Shown here: positions 20,195 through 31,471 of the stretch, one piece after another
Layout of the letters: every line of letters begins with the position of its first letter
How positions within the stretch are numbered: position 1 is the first letter of the stretch
Origin: an uncultured cyanobacterium
GTDB lineage: Bacteria > Cyanobacteriota > Cyanobacteriia > Cyanobacteriales > Nostocaceae
Length of the DNA stretch: 64,000 nucleotides
Direction: 5' to 3'
Assembly: GCA_963706595.1 (NCBI GenBank)
Contig: OY970166.1
Location: 320,001 to 384,000, forward strand
The notes under the pieces: model-generated
The model's database searches: none
Told to the model about the DNA's origin: nothing
Seen by the model: only the letters and a program-made list of their open reading frames with translations
Position numbers and translations under genes: made by a program

Positions 20195-20432
20195 ATTTTA
20201 TCTCAAAACCTCAACCCCGAAACCCATAAGAGTCGGAGTTGAAAAAGAGGCAAGGGAGCAGGCTTGCCCTGAGCGCAGTCGAAGGGGAGCAGGGAGCAGG
20301 GGGGAAAGTCCAGATGGGGACTCAGACCCATGTTCTGCTCCGCTTCACGGCAGGAGGAAGGGGTCATTTCCCCCTGCTAGAAAGCCCACTTACCCCTGCC
20401 TCTTCGTTGAGGTTAAATTTAAAATCTCAAAA

Positions 20433-20870
20433 CTACAGACCAAGTGCAGCTAAAACATCACTGGCATGAGTAGTAGTATTTACACTAGCGTCAACATGAA
20501 CGATTTTGCCGCTAGGGTCAATTACGTAAGTGACACGCTTGGCATAACCACCGCCATCGACATCATAAGCTTTGATTAAACTTTGGTTAGTGTCAGCTAG
20601 TAGTGGAAAGTTCAGATTATATTTTTGGGTGAACGCCTGATGAGAAGCTTCATCATCCGCGCTGACTCCCAACACGACTACATCTTTACCTAAATATTGA
20701 GGTTGGGCATCCCGAAAGCTACAAGCTTGTTTGGTGCAGCCTGGAGTGTCATCTTTGGGGTAAAAATACAAAACAACTGTTTTTCCAGCAAAACTAGATA
20801 ATGAAACGGTGTTGCCGTTAGTATCTTTGACGGTAAATGCAGGTGCATCTGTACCAACTGCTAGAGGCAT
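20433..20870 (-). CDS. bcp: Peroxiredoxin (BCP/PrxQ family)
   Basis: YFYPKDDTPGCTKQAC motif. Confidence 0.95.
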   Translation of the reverse strand: MPLAVGTDAPAFTVKDTNGNTVSLSSFAGKTVVLYFYPKDDTPGCTKQACSFRDAQPQYLGKDVVVLGVSADDEASHQAFTQKYNLNFPLLADTNQSLIKAYDVDGGGYAKRVTYVIDPSGKIVHVDASVNTTTHASDVLAALGL

Positions 20871-20967
20871 AATGAACCTTTCCTGTTTTAAATCGTGACT
20901 TTGAAATTTTACAATAATTTACAATATTTAAGTGATTAACTAGAGAAAGTATTACTTGGGAGTGAGG

Positions 20968-21119
20968 AGAAGAAGCAGGGGAGCAGGGTGCAGGGTGCAG
21001 GGGGGAGAAGAGGCAGGGGAGCAGGGTGCAGGGTGCAGGGGGGAGAAGAGGCAGGGGAGCAGGGTGCAGGGTGCAGGGGGGAGAAGAAGCAGGGGAGCAG
21101 GGAGAAGGGTGCAGGGGGG
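20968..21119 (+). repeat. Four tandem copies of a 38-bp G-rich unit
   Basis: AGAAGARGCAGGGGAGCAGGGTGCAGGGTGCAGGGGGG at 20968, 21006, 21044 and 21082. Confidence 0.9.
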
Positions 21120-21166
21120 AGAAGAGGGTAACTTCCCAATGACTAATGACTAATGACCAATAACTA

Positions 21167-21580
21167 ATGACAAAAATGCCTACTATTAATTTCCCAAAAC
21201 GGAAAACCTTTTTCTATACTCGTAGCACAGAAGAAAGGGCGAAGCGATCGCTCGTATGTTCTCCCTTCAATCTTGTTTTATTTGAAGCCATGCGTCAGCA
21301 GAGTGTAGCATTAGGTGCGATCGCCATGGAAAATGGTGTCAAGCATAGTTATACCAAACGCCCTTTGTCAGAATTGGCGTGCGATAATGATTTGGGCTGG
21401 CTGATTCAAGTCGGTGTTTTGCGGCGAGAAGTCGATGGTCAAGGAATTACCGATGGTTTTCGCCTAACTCCTTTAGGACATCAGTTGGTAGAAAAATTTC
21501 AGGGCGAAAATTGGCCTAGTCCTTCGTGGAGCGATCGCCTGTACAATGCACTAATTTACTGGTTTAGGCTACCTTTTTAA
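21167..21580 (+). CDS. Conserved cyanobacterial protein (Npun_F0494-like)
   Basis: WLIQVGVLRREVDGQGITD..RLTPLG motif; upstream of cobQ. Confidence 0.8.
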   Translation: MTKMPTINFPKRKTFFYTRSTEERAKRSLVCSPFNLVLFEAMRQQSVALGAIAMENGVKHSYTKRPLSELACDNDLGWLIQVGVLRREVDGQGITDGFRLTPLGHQLVEKFQGENWPSPSWSDRLYNALIYWFRLPF

Positions 21581-21704
21581 TGATGAATTACTATCGCCAA
21601 AGATCCGCTAACCCGCCGTAGCGTGCAGTGGTCTAATATTACTCTGGCTAGCCTGCGGTCGGCTAAATTACGAATTACGAATTACGAATTACGAATTATA
21701 AATT

Positions 21705-23181
21705 ATGAAAGCAATTATGGTAGTGGGAACAACATCCCACGCAGGGAAATCACTGATAAGTACAGCTATCTGTCGCATTTTATCGCGCCGTGGTTGGCGA
21801 GTGGCTCCCTTTAAAGGTCAAAATATGGCTTTGAATGCTTATGTCACTGCTAATGGGGGAGAAATTGGTTATGCTCAAGCAGTGCAAGCTTGGGCGGCTG
21901 GAGTGATTCCTTCGGTAGAAATGAACCCGATTTTACTCAAACCCCAAGGAGATATGACATCCCAAGTCATTATCAAAGGTAGAGCTGTAGGCAGAGTCAA
22001 AGCTTCTGATTATTACGAACAATACTTTGATATTGGTTGGCAGGCAATACAAGAATCTCTCAAACATTTATCCACAGAGTATGATTTGCTAGTTTGTGAA
22101 GGCGCAGGTAGTCCGGCGGAGATTAACCTCAAGCACCGCGACTTGACCAATATGCGGATAGCAAAATATTTGAATGCACCAACTATATTAGTAGTTGATA
22201 TTGACCGTGGTGGCGCTTTTGCCCATGTCGTCGGGACTCTAGAGTTACTAGAACCAGAAGAACGCGAATTAATTAAAGGTATAGTAATTAACAAATTCCG
22301 GGGACAGCGATCGCTCTTAGAACCGGGAATCAAATGGTTGGAAGAACGGATTGGTATCCCTGTTGTTGGTGTTATTCCTTATTTTCAAGAAGTATTTCCC
22401 GCAGAAGACTCTCTTGACTTGCTAGAACAGTAAGTCATCAAAAACCAATAGTGAACTCAATATCACCGTCATTCGCTTACCAAGAATTGCCAACTTTACT
22501 GATTTTGACCCCTTGGAATCAGAACCAACTGTCTCAGTCAAATATATTAGTCCCAAACAAGATTTAGGACATCCTGATGCCGTGATTATTCCAGGGTCAA
22601 AAACCACAATTAATGACTTGCTATTGATGCAAAAAACTGGGATGGCAGAAGCGATTCAAAATTATGCAGCTTCTGGTGGTACAGTCTTGGGTATTTGCGG
22701 TGGCTACCAAATGCTGGGGCAAATTATCGCTGATCCCGAAGGGGTAGAAGGACAAGCCGGGAGATTTCAGGGATTAAATCTCTTACCCATTAGAACCGTA
22801 ATTACCGGCCAAAAAATCGCCCGCCAGCGCCAAGTTAGCTCAAATTTTCCCCAGATGGGCTTACCAGTGAATGGGTTTGAAATCCACCAAGGGCGATCGC
22901 GTCTAGAACAACAAGAAAATACCCAAGCTTTCCAACCTTTATTTGATGATGCTAATTTAGGGTTAGTCGATAGCTGTCAATCTATTTGGGGTACATATCT
23001 CCACGGACTTTTTGATAACGGACCTTGGCGACGTGCTTGGTTAAATCGCTTACGTCAACAACGAGGCTTGAAATCTTTACCCACTGGTGTTGCTAACTAT
23101 CGGGAACAGCGAGAACAAATTTTAGACCACCTCGCCACAGAAGTTGAAACCCATTTAGACTTAAAGCCCTTTTTACCTTAG
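21705..23181 (+). CDS. cobQ: Cobyric acid synthase, split by a +1 frameshift near 22429 (error or pseudogene)
   Basis: GTTSHAGKS, PFKGQNMALN, EGAGSPAEINL in part 1; IANFTDFDPL, GICGGYQML, GTYLHG in part 2; removing one base gives 491 aa. Confidence 0.93.
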
Positions 23182-23199
23182 TTAGATAGACTATTATTC

Positions 23200-23439
23200 A
23201 TGACTATTCGCGTCCGCTTTTTACCCGATGATGTTACTGTTGATGCCGAAGTGGGAGAACCCCTGTTAGATGTAGCAGAACGGGCTGGGGTGTTTATTCC
23301 CACCGGTTGTCTCATGGGTTCTTGTCACGCTTGCACAGTAGAACTGCAAAATGGAGATGTCATTCGCGCTTGTCTTTCATCAGTATCACCAGGGCGCGAA
23401 GAAATCACAATTAATTTGTATAGTGACCCAACTTGGTAA
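23200..23439 (+). CDS. Small 2Fe-2S ferredoxin-like protein
   Basis: GCLMGSCHAC...C motif. Confidence 0.9.
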   Translation: MTIRVRFLPDDVTVDAEVGEPLLDVAERAGVFIPTGCLMGSCHACTVELQNGDVIRACLSSVSPGREEITINLYSDPTW

Positions 23440-23492
23440 TGTTTTAATATCTGTTTACGTTTGGATAAATATCTATCCAAATTATTAAAACA

Positions 23493-23705
23493 ATGGCCAA
23501 GAAAATTCGAGAACTTAAGCAAATGCTTCGCCAAGGTGGTTTTACAGAAATCCCAGGCAAAGGAAGTCATACTAACTGGGTGCATCCCTTATATACTGGA
23601 AAAATCACGATTTCAGGCAAAGACGGAGCCGATGCTAAACGCTACCAAGAGAAGGAAGTAAAACAAGCAATTGAGAAAGTCGAAGGGAAAAAACAAGATG
23701 AATAA
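23493..23705 (+). CDS. hicA: HicA-family toxin
   Basis: GF...GKGSH motif, 70 aa, basic. Confidence 0.88.
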   Translation: MAKKIRELKQMLRQGGFTEIPGKGSHTNWVHPLYTGKITISGKDGADAKRYQEKEVKQAIEKVEGKKQDE

Positions 23706-23916
23706 TCTCAAATACCAAATGGTTATTCAATGGTCAGAGTCAGATAATTGCTTTTTGGTAGCATTCCCAGATTTTCCCGGACAAGAATGGCGAACTCATG
23801 GGGAAACTTACCAAGAAGCAGTAGCCAACGGCATTGAAGCCTTAGAATCTCTGATTATTGCTTATGAAGCTACGGGCGATACACTACCAGAACCAACAGT
23901 GTGTAACGCCGCATAG
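23698..23916 (+). CDS. hicB: HicB-family antitoxin
   Basis: Y..VI.WSE.D..F.V.FPDFPG...THGETYQEA; overlaps the hicA stop. Confidence 0.88.
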   Translation: MNNLKYQMVIQWSESDNCFLVAFPDFPGQEWRTHGETYQEAVANGIEALESLIIAYEATGDTLPEPTVCNAA

Positions 23917-23949
23917 CTGCAAATTGCAAAAGGTAGTTAGATAACAGTC

Positions 23950-24396
23950 TTAACTATTAGACTTGACATTCAAAGCATATTCTTTGAACCTTTCTAAGTC
24001 AGCTTGAATAGTAGACTCTACTACCCGACCCAAAAACAAATTATCCATAATTTTGCCAATCAGCCCAGGAATAGCATAGGAAATAGTCATTTTAACAATG
24101 CTACTACCGTGGCGATCGTAAAAGCGAATTGCTCCCTGATTCGGCAAACCATCAACCGATTCCCATTGAATAATTTGCTGTTTGACAACTTTCAACATCC
24201 GGGATTTCCACTTAAATTCCAGACCATTAGTGCTGAGTTTCCATAAAGATATATCTGGATTCTCTGGCGAAATCTTCACCGAATCAATCCACTTCATCCA
24301 ACGGGGCATTTGCTCTAAATCAGACCACAGACCCCATACTAATTCTATGGGAGCTTCTACTTCAATCTGCACACTATGCTCTAACCACTCTGCCAT
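23950..24396 (-). CDS. SRPBCC/polyketide cyclase family protein
   Basis: EHSVQIEVEAP...W..WSDLE.MPRWM; downstream of zds. Confidence 0.85.
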   Translation of the reverse strand: MAEWLEHSVQIEVEAPIELVWGLWSDLEQMPRWMKWIDSVKISPENPDISLWKLSTNGLEFKWKSRMLKVVKQQIIQWESVDGLPNQGAIRFYDRHGSSIVKMTISYAIPGLIGKIMDNLFLGRVVESTIQADLERFKEYALNVKSNS

Positions 24397-24437
24397 TTTA
24401 TTTTCCTTTGCTTGGTGTGTGTGCCTAGTGCGGTTGG

Positions 24438-25901
24438 TTATTTCTTCACCCTTCGACTACGCTCAGGGTCAACGTTCTCTAAAATCACTTTTGCCGCACG
24501 TCGTCCAGATATAGTTGCTCCTTCCATGCTGTCGATGTAATCTTGCTGAGTATAACTACCTGCTAAAAAGAAATTATCCACTGGCGTTTTTTGGTCAGGG
24601 CGGAAAAGGTCCATCCCTGGCGCTTCCCGGTAGAGAGATTTCGCCAGTTTTACGACACTATACCAAGTCATGTTCAGTTCTCGCGATGAAGGGAACAGTT
24701 CATGAACTTGTTTAAGGACGTGTTGCGCGATCGCCTCATTACTTTGTTTAATAAAAGGATCTCCCGGTGTGAGTACCAGCTGTAACAACGATCCTTCGCC
24801 GGGGCGATAATAATCACTGGGACTAGCCAAAGCCAAATCAGCAAAACAAGAAAAATCAGCATCGGCGGTATAAAGCAAATTATCTATCCCCGCCGCATGA
24901 TTTAACTGTTTGCGTTGCGCTTCATCTTGCAGTTCCGTCACCCAGCCATCAAATCGCAGTTGTACTGTGGCGACTGGAACGGCATCCAATTTATAAATAT
25001 TGTCAAATTCTGACCATTTACGCCACTCTTGGGGTAATATGCGCTGAATCCCTGGGACATCACAAGCAAAGACGTAAGCATCAGCCGTAATAATTTCTGT
25101 GGTGTCACCTTGGGCAACTGCTATGCCAGTGACGTGAGTTTGTTCGCCTGATTCGGTGAATTGAATTTCCCGGACTTGGCGACGCGTATAAACTTGAGCG
25201 CCTCTAGCTTCTAAATATTTGAGAATAGGCTGGTGCAAATACTCATTCGGGGAACCCTCCAGCATTCGCATAATTGAGGCTTCAGTTTTACACGCAAAAA
25301 ACTGGAAGATTGTCAACATACAACGGGCAGAAATATGATCACAATCAATAAATCCCAAAGCATAAGCAATGGGATTCCACATTCGTTTAATGCTGCCTTC
25401 ACTACCGCCGTGACTGCGGAACCATTGGGCAAAACTAACGTTATCTAAGGTGCGGATAATTTTCATTGCCCCGTTGAAGTCTACTAACCCCCGAACTATG
25501 GGGCTAGTACCCAAGGCGATCGCATTTTGTAGTTTATCTTGTAATGACAGTTGAGAAGTTGTAAAAAATGCCTTTAATCCATTGAAAGGCGCACCGGTAA
25601 AGAAGCGAAAATCTAATGTCCCGGTGCGTCCTCCTTTATTAATAAAGGTGTGGGTATGTTCTTTCAGGCGTAAATTTGACAACGCCCCCACTTTTTCCAT
25701 TAACTCAAATAGCTGGTAGTAGCACCCAAAAAATACGTGCAACCCCATTTCAATATGGTTGCCATCATCATCCACCCAACTACTGACTTTACCACCAACA
25801 AATGGACGGGACTCAAAAATTTGGACTTCACAGCCAGCATCAGCCAAATCTACTGCGGTTGCTAGCCCAGCCAGTCCCGCACCCACTATTGCAACACGCA
25901 T
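24438..25901 (-). CDS. crtQ: Zeta-carotene desaturase
   Basis: [36 protein letters not shown]. Confidence 0.95.
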   Translation of the reverse strand: MRVAIVGAGLAGLATAVDLADAGCEVQIFESRPFVGGKVSSWVDDDGNHIEMGLHVFFGCYYQLFELMEKVGALSNLRLKEHTHTFINKGGRTGTLDFRFFTGAPFNGLKAFFTTSQLSLQDKLQNAIALGTSPIVRGLVDFNGAMKIIRTLDNVSFAQWFRSHGGSEGSIKRMWNPIAYALGFIDCDHISARCMLTIFQFFACKTEASIMRMLEGSPNEYLHQPILKYLEARGAQVYTRRQVREIQFTESGEQTHVTGIAVAQGDTTEIITADAYVFACDVPGIQRILPQEWRKWSEFDNIYKLDAVPVATVQLRFDGWVTELQDEAQRKQLNHAAGIDNLLYTADADFSCFADLALASPSDYYRPGEGSLLQLVLTPGDPFIKQSNEAIAQHVLKQVHELFPSSRELNMTWYSVVKLAKSLYREAPGMDLFRPDQKTPVDNFFLAGSYTQQDYIDSMEGATISGRRAAKVILENVDPERSRRVKK

Positions 25902-26188
25902 TATTCCATCTTACCTTTTCAGTTTCTTTACAGATTGTAACTGGGTTAGCGTCGGAATTGGCTATTGATATCAAGTTCACTATTGCGTCAAGCCACAACA
26001 GCGTCATGCCATCTGGTGATAGGTTTACCTTTATTCATCCTGGGAATTTTGGCAACTCACTAGATAAACTTGTGCCAAAGCGTTTTTACTTGGAATACAA
26101 ACTTTAGTCAGTGAATATTGACTAAAGAAACATAACAAGTCTATTTTGCTGATCAATTGATCATCTACGAAGCAGTAAAACTAGATCC

Positions 26189-26359
26189 CTACTTGTTTGC
26201 TTCCTTACTGTCATCTGATACATTTAGCCCTCTAATTAGTTCGCGAATTACATCTGTAGCCGGTCTACCTGTTTGCTGACAATATTTTTCTAGTTTTTCT
26301 GCTTCCTGTGTTGCTAAATTAACAGTTATACGTTTTACGGCCCATTTTTTATTAGTCAT
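26189..26359 (-). CDS. Small ribbon-helix-helix (CopG-like) DNA-binding protein, 56 aa, below the ORF-track cutoff
   Basis: Manual translation MTNKKWAVKRITVNLATQEAEKLEKYCQQTGRPATDVIRELIRGLNVSDDSKEANK*. Confidence 0.82.
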   Translation of the reverse strand: MTNKKWAVKRITVNLATQEAEKLEKYCQQTGRPATDVIRELIRGLNVSDDSKEANK

Positions 26360-26515
26360 TATCATGCAATCTGCTGTATGTTGACACCATCAAAAAGAAC
26401 AATTAACTCAAGATTAAGACGATAAGATTATCAGAGTTTGTGTCAAGAAACAAGCAATGCCATTAGCACTAAAAAAGTCATCTTTGTTAAATGTCTTGAT
26501 CATTGCCTAATGAAA

Positions 26516-26665
26516 TATAGTAATCCGATTTGATTTCTGTTCGCGTAGCGTGGCGTAGCCATATTTATTTGCGTAGGTGGGGAGTGGGGAGTGGCGAGTG
26601 GGGAGTGGGGAATAACCTTTTTGTGTTATGCCGAGATTGTTTAAAAATCACATAGGAGTCCTATA
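26516..26665. mobile_element. MITE with imperfect TIRs, containing STRR and a short dispersed repeat
   Basis: TATAGTAATCCGATTTGATTT ... AAATCACATAGGAGTCCTATA ends. Confidence 0.65.
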
Positions 26666-27684
26666 TAAGATTAGAATTAGCATGGTGACAGCAGAGATAT
26701 CTCAAACTCTGTGATCAACACACAAGGTCTTCATCAAAACCTGACTAAATAGTTCCACACGCTTATGTAATCCGTCATTAACAGGATACAAGGCAGCCCC
26801 AACTGATCACAACTACCGAATTACGTAAAGCCTGCTACATATTTCGGCTGAAAGCTAAAGCTCCGCTAACACTTAGTGTGCTGGAGGCATAAGCTCCTCG
26901 CTCTTCGGAGCTTTCCGCAGAAAAAGGAACATTATCAATTACAAATTACTGTAGCTATTATCCTGACGTTTTTGATAAATTCGCTGAGTGTTTTTTATTT
27001 TTAGCTGCGGATAATAGCTTGTTTAATCCCAGCATTCTGTCGCTTCATCATCTTAATTACATTGGATTGATTACCCATAATATTATCTTTCATACTTAAT
27101 CGTTACATAAACTTGATCAATTTCCTAAAACTTTATGCTTACCACAAGTGGAACAAGTGTAAATTTATGATCAAAGTCCTCCTTAAGTAGGACGAAGCTT
27201 TTTTGTGAATAAGTTCCCTTTTAAAAGAATGTTGGCTGTATTTTTTGTATGGTACGGCTATTATAACCATGAATTTTATACTTTCAATAAACTTTATCGC
27301 CAGATGATTAAAGTAAATTTTTAGGGTTTATAAAAAAAACATGAAGAAAAAGTATGATATCTAAATTTTTACTTAATTCTGTTGACTGATTATGCTCGGT
27401 AATTGCTAAAAAATCAGCCAAAACAACTTTTTGGTTGAGCATTCAACGGTTTTTACGCAACTTAATTTGCTGATAAATCAACCAAAAGATATAACAAGAT
27501 ACGTAGTTTATGAAATTATGATAAAGTAACAAATTATATATGCCCCAAGCTTTGGACGTATCTGGTTACAGCATCTAAAAATTAGCTGGGAATATGTACT
27601 CTAGTGATCATGAAAAACCACAGATAAATCACAAATAACCGCGATTGAGAGAAAATTTATTTTTATCTGTGGTGATGGCTGCAT

Positions 27685-29325
27685 TTAAAGTTGTGGCATG
27701 AGTTGGAGAGTGCCGAGACCTAAATCTTGAGGTGAAAGCGATCGCACTTCAAATAAAGCCATCATATCTCGCAATTGGGGATTACCACGGTACGCTCCTG
27801 TTAGTCCTTTGGCAATAATCAAACCACAGTAGCCCTTGGTATTTTTACAGCGCTGATTCCATTTTTTGCGGGCTTCTCGATGAGTCGGATCATCATCCGA
27901 AAATTCACCGAACAAGAACAACTCATCATCTTCAGTTTGCAACAAACCCAAATCGTAGCGATCGCCATCAAAAGGATCAGCACCTGGATTAAAACAAATT
28001 GCCTTGAGTCCGCCGGCTGCGGCAATATTTTCAATCACTGTTTTCGCCTTCGGTCGCGAGGTTTGAATTAAAATTACTGGTAATCCGTCACCAACTTTTG
28101 CTATTTCACCAGCTTGATGAGTTTGCACACTCTGACGCAAGGAATCTAGCATTTCCCAAGATATTACTCCCAAACTGAGAAACGCATCTTCTGGGATTAA
28201 GTCGTCTCGCAAGGAAGAAAAATCAGATGAGTCTTCCTCTCCCATTTCTAGCTCTTCGAGATCAAAACCTGCCATTTCCTCTAATTCTGCTGCTAAATCC
28301 GGCATAGTAGAGACAGTCACAGACAAAGGTTTAATTGATTCTGACTCTGATTTAGGAGGAGAAATGCGATAGCGACGGCTCAAATGAGGAAAAGTCTCAC
28401 TATCCAACTGGCTGTGGTAATCGCGGATAAAGCGGTTCAGACTCTCTAAAGCCACAAAGACTGCAAGTGCCTCTTCCTCATATAAAACAGAGCGCAAACC
28501 TTCTAAAGGGTGGATATTACCGAAACTTGGCTCAATCTCCGATATGGGCAGATCGGTTAAATCTTCATCTTCATCCATTTCATCCTCGTCCATTTCATCT
28601 TCACTTTCAAAAGTCAGAAACAGACAATCTTGTTTGAGAAAAGCTTCTTCTAAATTTCCTTGTAATTCATCGTCCTGTAAAACTGCTGCCCGAAACTGCT
28701 TCAGTGAATCTTCTGAGCGATAAAATAAAATCCCATACTCCATGCCTAGCATCCCCATTACCGAGGCGTAGAGTGTACCCACATCCCAATTGTTAATTTC
28801 TATTGATAAGATTTGCTGTTCTTCTAAAAATTCCCAAGGAGCAGTCTGCCAAAGAGCCAAGGCTTTATCATGCAAAGCTTGTGCATACTGGGGAGGTAAA
28901 TCGGGAACTTGGTTTTCCAAGATTTCCGTAAACCCCCGAAATAGTTCATCAATTAAGGGCAGTTCGGGAACGTAATCAATGGCAATATCCAAATCTTGCA
29001 GCACACCGCGCAGGTAAAACTGAATTTCCCGGTCTTTGACGACAATCTTTTGGGGTCTGGCGGGTTTACCAGGACTGTGGGGATGCTCCATTGCGCGCAT
29101 TAAGGTGCGAACAATTGCTTCTGGGCCTGTTTCAGGAGATACCACGTCCATGCTGCGGACAACCCCCTGTGAACCATCTACCCAAAGGATACATTCACCC
29201 TGGGAGTCCGAGTCTGTATCCTGGGTGGGTGATGATGACATTGGACGGCGATCGCCCTCCCATACAGAAGGAATTTGAGTTAATGTCTTCAACCGACGAC
29301 TGGTAGAGCGATTAAAACTTGTCAT
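27685..29325 (-). CDS. Conserved cyanobacterial hypothetical protein (acidic, DUF6930-like)
   Basis: 546-aa ORF; WEGDRR, PARPQKIVV, YASVMGMLG; function not recognised. Confidence 0.8.
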   Translation of the reverse strand: MTSFNRSTSRRLKTLTQIPSVWEGDRRPMSSSPTQDTDSDSQGECILWVDGSQGVVRSMDVVSPETGPEAIVRTLMRAMEHPHSPGKPARPQKIVVKDREIQFYLRGVLQDLDIAIDYVPELPLIDELFRGFTEILENQVPDLPPQYAQALHDKALALWQTAPWEFLEEQQILSIEINNWDVGTLYASVMGMLGMEYGILFYRSEDSLKQFRAAVLQDDELQGNLEEAFLKQDCLFLTFESEDEMDEDEMDEDEDLTDLPISEIEPSFGNIHPLEGLRSVLYEEEALAVFVALESLNRFIRDYHSQLDSETFPHLSRRYRISPPKSESESIKPLSVTVSTMPDLAAELEEMAGFDLEELEMGEEDSSDFSSLRDDLIPEDAFLSLGVISWEMLDSLRQSVQTHQAGEIAKVGDGLPVILIQTSRPKAKTVIENIAAAGGLKAICFNPGADPFDGDRYDLGLLQTEDDELFLFGEFSDDDPTHREARKKWNQRCKNTKGYCGLIIAKGLTGAYRGNPQLRDMMALFEVRSLSPQDLGLGTLQLMPQL

Positions 29326-29659
29326 AGAGTAGGTTAATCAAAAAGAAGCAATTTGGCAGTAAACTAGGAGGAATAACTAGCACAGATCGGCGTAAAATCT
29401 TCTTGGCTACACCTGAAGAGTGATTGCAACTGGTGCTTGCCACAAGGCTTAAACTCCAAAAATACCGAATCCCTAAATACACCGAATCTCTCAATTCTAG
29501 AATAAAAAGTCTTGGCTGCTTTTGACCAAGTATTTACAATTTGGCAACTAACGATCTCAATATCGCTAGAATTAAAACAAAAACTAAAGGGTGCAGCAAC
29601 GATAATCAAAAACCTCACCCAGACACCGGTTAGACCACTTAAGGAGTTGAAACAGCAAA

Positions 29660-30016
29660 ATGACACAAGTAACTCAGTCCCAAAAACGTGGAATTCAACT
29701 TAGCCAATCAGCTTTGCTCCAGGTAAAATCCTTGCAACAAAAGCAAGGTAACGAACTATGCTTACGAGTCGGAGTCCGTCAAGGTGGTTGTTCGGGAATG
29801 TCTTACATGATGGACTTTGAGGATACCAGCAAGATCACTCCCCAGGATGAAGTTTTCGATTACGATGGCTTCAAAATTGTTTGTGATGGCAAAAGCTTAT
29901 TATACCTCTATGGTTTAATGCTCGATTATAGCGATGCCATGATTGGCGGTGGTTTCCAATTCACTAACCCCAATGCTGCCCAAACCTGTGGTTGCGGCAA
30001 GTCCTTTGGAGTGTAA
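29660..30016 (+). CDS. iscA: Fe-S cluster A-type carrier (HesB/IscA family)
   Basis: GGCSGMSY and [12 protein letters not shown]. Confidence 0.93.
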   Translation: MTQVTQSQKRGIQLSQSALLQVKSLQQKQGNELCLRVGVRQGGCSGMSYMMDFEDTSKITPQDEVFDYDGFKIVCDGKSLLYLYGLMLDYSDAMIGGGFQFTNPNAAQTCGCGKSFGV

Positions 30017-30078
30017 TATGATCAGTGGTCGGTTGTCAGTTGTGAATTACTCTTGATGACTGACTGCTAACTATTGAC

Positions 30079-30285
30079 CGAGAATAACGGGATACAAGCC
30101 CCGTCACTTCGACAAGCTCAGTACAAGCCTTTTAGGACGGCTTTCTGGTAAAATTGGAATATAGTCGCCATAGGGCATTGGGAGACTTTAAACGAACGTC
30201 GAGGGATGGTAAGACTATTTCGAGAGCATCGACCCAATGAAGCGTTAAGGAATCCTCTCTCCTTCAGGAAGAGGAGGTATGTCAA
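30079..30285 (+). mobile_element. Non-autonomous IS200/IS605-type mini-element, family A copy 2, with a 23-bp insert in the left hairpin
   Basis: Near-identical to 866-1045; preceded by TTGAC; ends TATGTCAA. Confidence 0.82.
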
Positions 30286-30309
30286 TATATAACTATTAAC
30301 TGATTTGCT

Positions 30310-30729
30310 ATGGCTCAAACAGTAGAATTCCTGTTTGATACAGGTTTGGAACGCTATAAAGCTGGCGAAGCCACCGAAACTTTGATACCTGTATTTAAAG
30401 AAGTGTGCGATCGCGCCCCCAAAACAAGTTCAGCTTGGATTTGTTTATCTTGGTTGTATTTACTAGAAGACAAACCCAACTTGGCTTACAAAGCGGCACA
30501 GAAGGCTGTAAAGTTAAATCCACAAGACCCACAAGCCAGAATTAATTTGGCTATGTCTATGTTGGAAACAGGTCAAAAAGGTTTGCGAGAACATATTGAA
30601 TTCGCCAAACAGTTAATTTTTGTCAACGAAGAATGGGAAAAAGACATAAAAGATAGCATTGCCGATGGTTTCAGCCGAAAACCAGATTGGCAGAGTTTGG
30701 CAAAAGTCAAAACCTGGCTATTTGAATAA
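30310..30729 (+). CDS. TPR-containing protein
   Basis: AWICLSWLYLL...AAQKAVKLNPQDPQARINLA. Confidence 0.85.
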   Translation: MAQTVEFLFDTGLERYKAGEATETLIPVFKEVCDRAPKTSSAWICLSWLYLLEDKPNLAYKAAQKAVKLNPQDPQARINLAMSMLETGQKGLREHIEFAKQLIFVNEEWEKDIKDSIADGFSRKPDWQSLAKVKTWLFE

Positions 30730-30915
30730 CTAAACCCAGGAGTTAGGAGCTACTCCCTACTCCCCAGAAGAAGCAGGGGCGCACCGGAGCAGGGAGCAAG
30801 GGGGAGTAAGAAATTACTTTAAACTTCCGGTTACTTAACAACCGTTCCTCTTCTCCCCTGCTCCCTCCCCCTGCACCCGTTCCTCTTCTCCCCACTCCCC
30901 ACTCCCCACTCCCTG

Positions 30916-31158
30916 ATGAAAGAAAAATTATTAAACTGGCTAAACCTAGTTTTAGTGGCTGATGTATTTTTAGTTTTATTTGGCTTTATCTGGCTGGCGA
31001 TCGCGGCCATTGGCGATGCTGCGGGAGTAAACTTAGGTTTAGATTTATGGCATCAACTTTGGATGCCTGTGTTTAACCCCGCAATTGGCATCCTCATGGG
31101 TGGCGCTCTTCTTAGCGGTTTAGTCAGTTGGGTTTCTCGCAAATTCCAAGCTGAGTGA
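30916..31158 (+). CDS. Small conserved membrane protein
   Basis: Two TM segments, PVFNPAIGILMGGA; stop codon lies in the adjacent mini-element end. Confidence 0.8.
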   Translation: MKEKLLNWLNLVLVADVFLVLFGFIWLAIAAIGDAAGVNLGLDLWHQLWMPVFNPAIGILMGGALLSGLVSWVSRKFQAE

Positions 31159-31471
31159 CATACTCCTACACTGATGCAAGCATACAGTGTAGGCTTCTCA
31201 GCGACTCTTCTATGAAGACATTGACTGAGCTTTGTTTTAAGTCCACGAGAAGCCCCTCCGCAGACTATGCAATTTCTTACCTTGTACCCTACAAATTTTA
31301 CTGTCCTGGATGAGATGCTGGCTTATTCGCGCTATAGGACAAACCCGGAGGTGATCTGTATTAATCAAGATGTGCCTACTTGCTTCTATGCTGTGCAACG
31401 GAGTCGCTTACCAATAATCGTAATGCTATTGGACAGAGGCTTATCAGACACCAATATGGGTGAAGTCAACC
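31155..31471 (-). ncRNA. Putative omegaRNA-like structured RNA (about 315 nt plus flank-derived guide)
   Basis: Extended -10 TGGTATAAT at 31478-31486 (minus strand); several long-range complementary segments. Confidence 0.5.
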
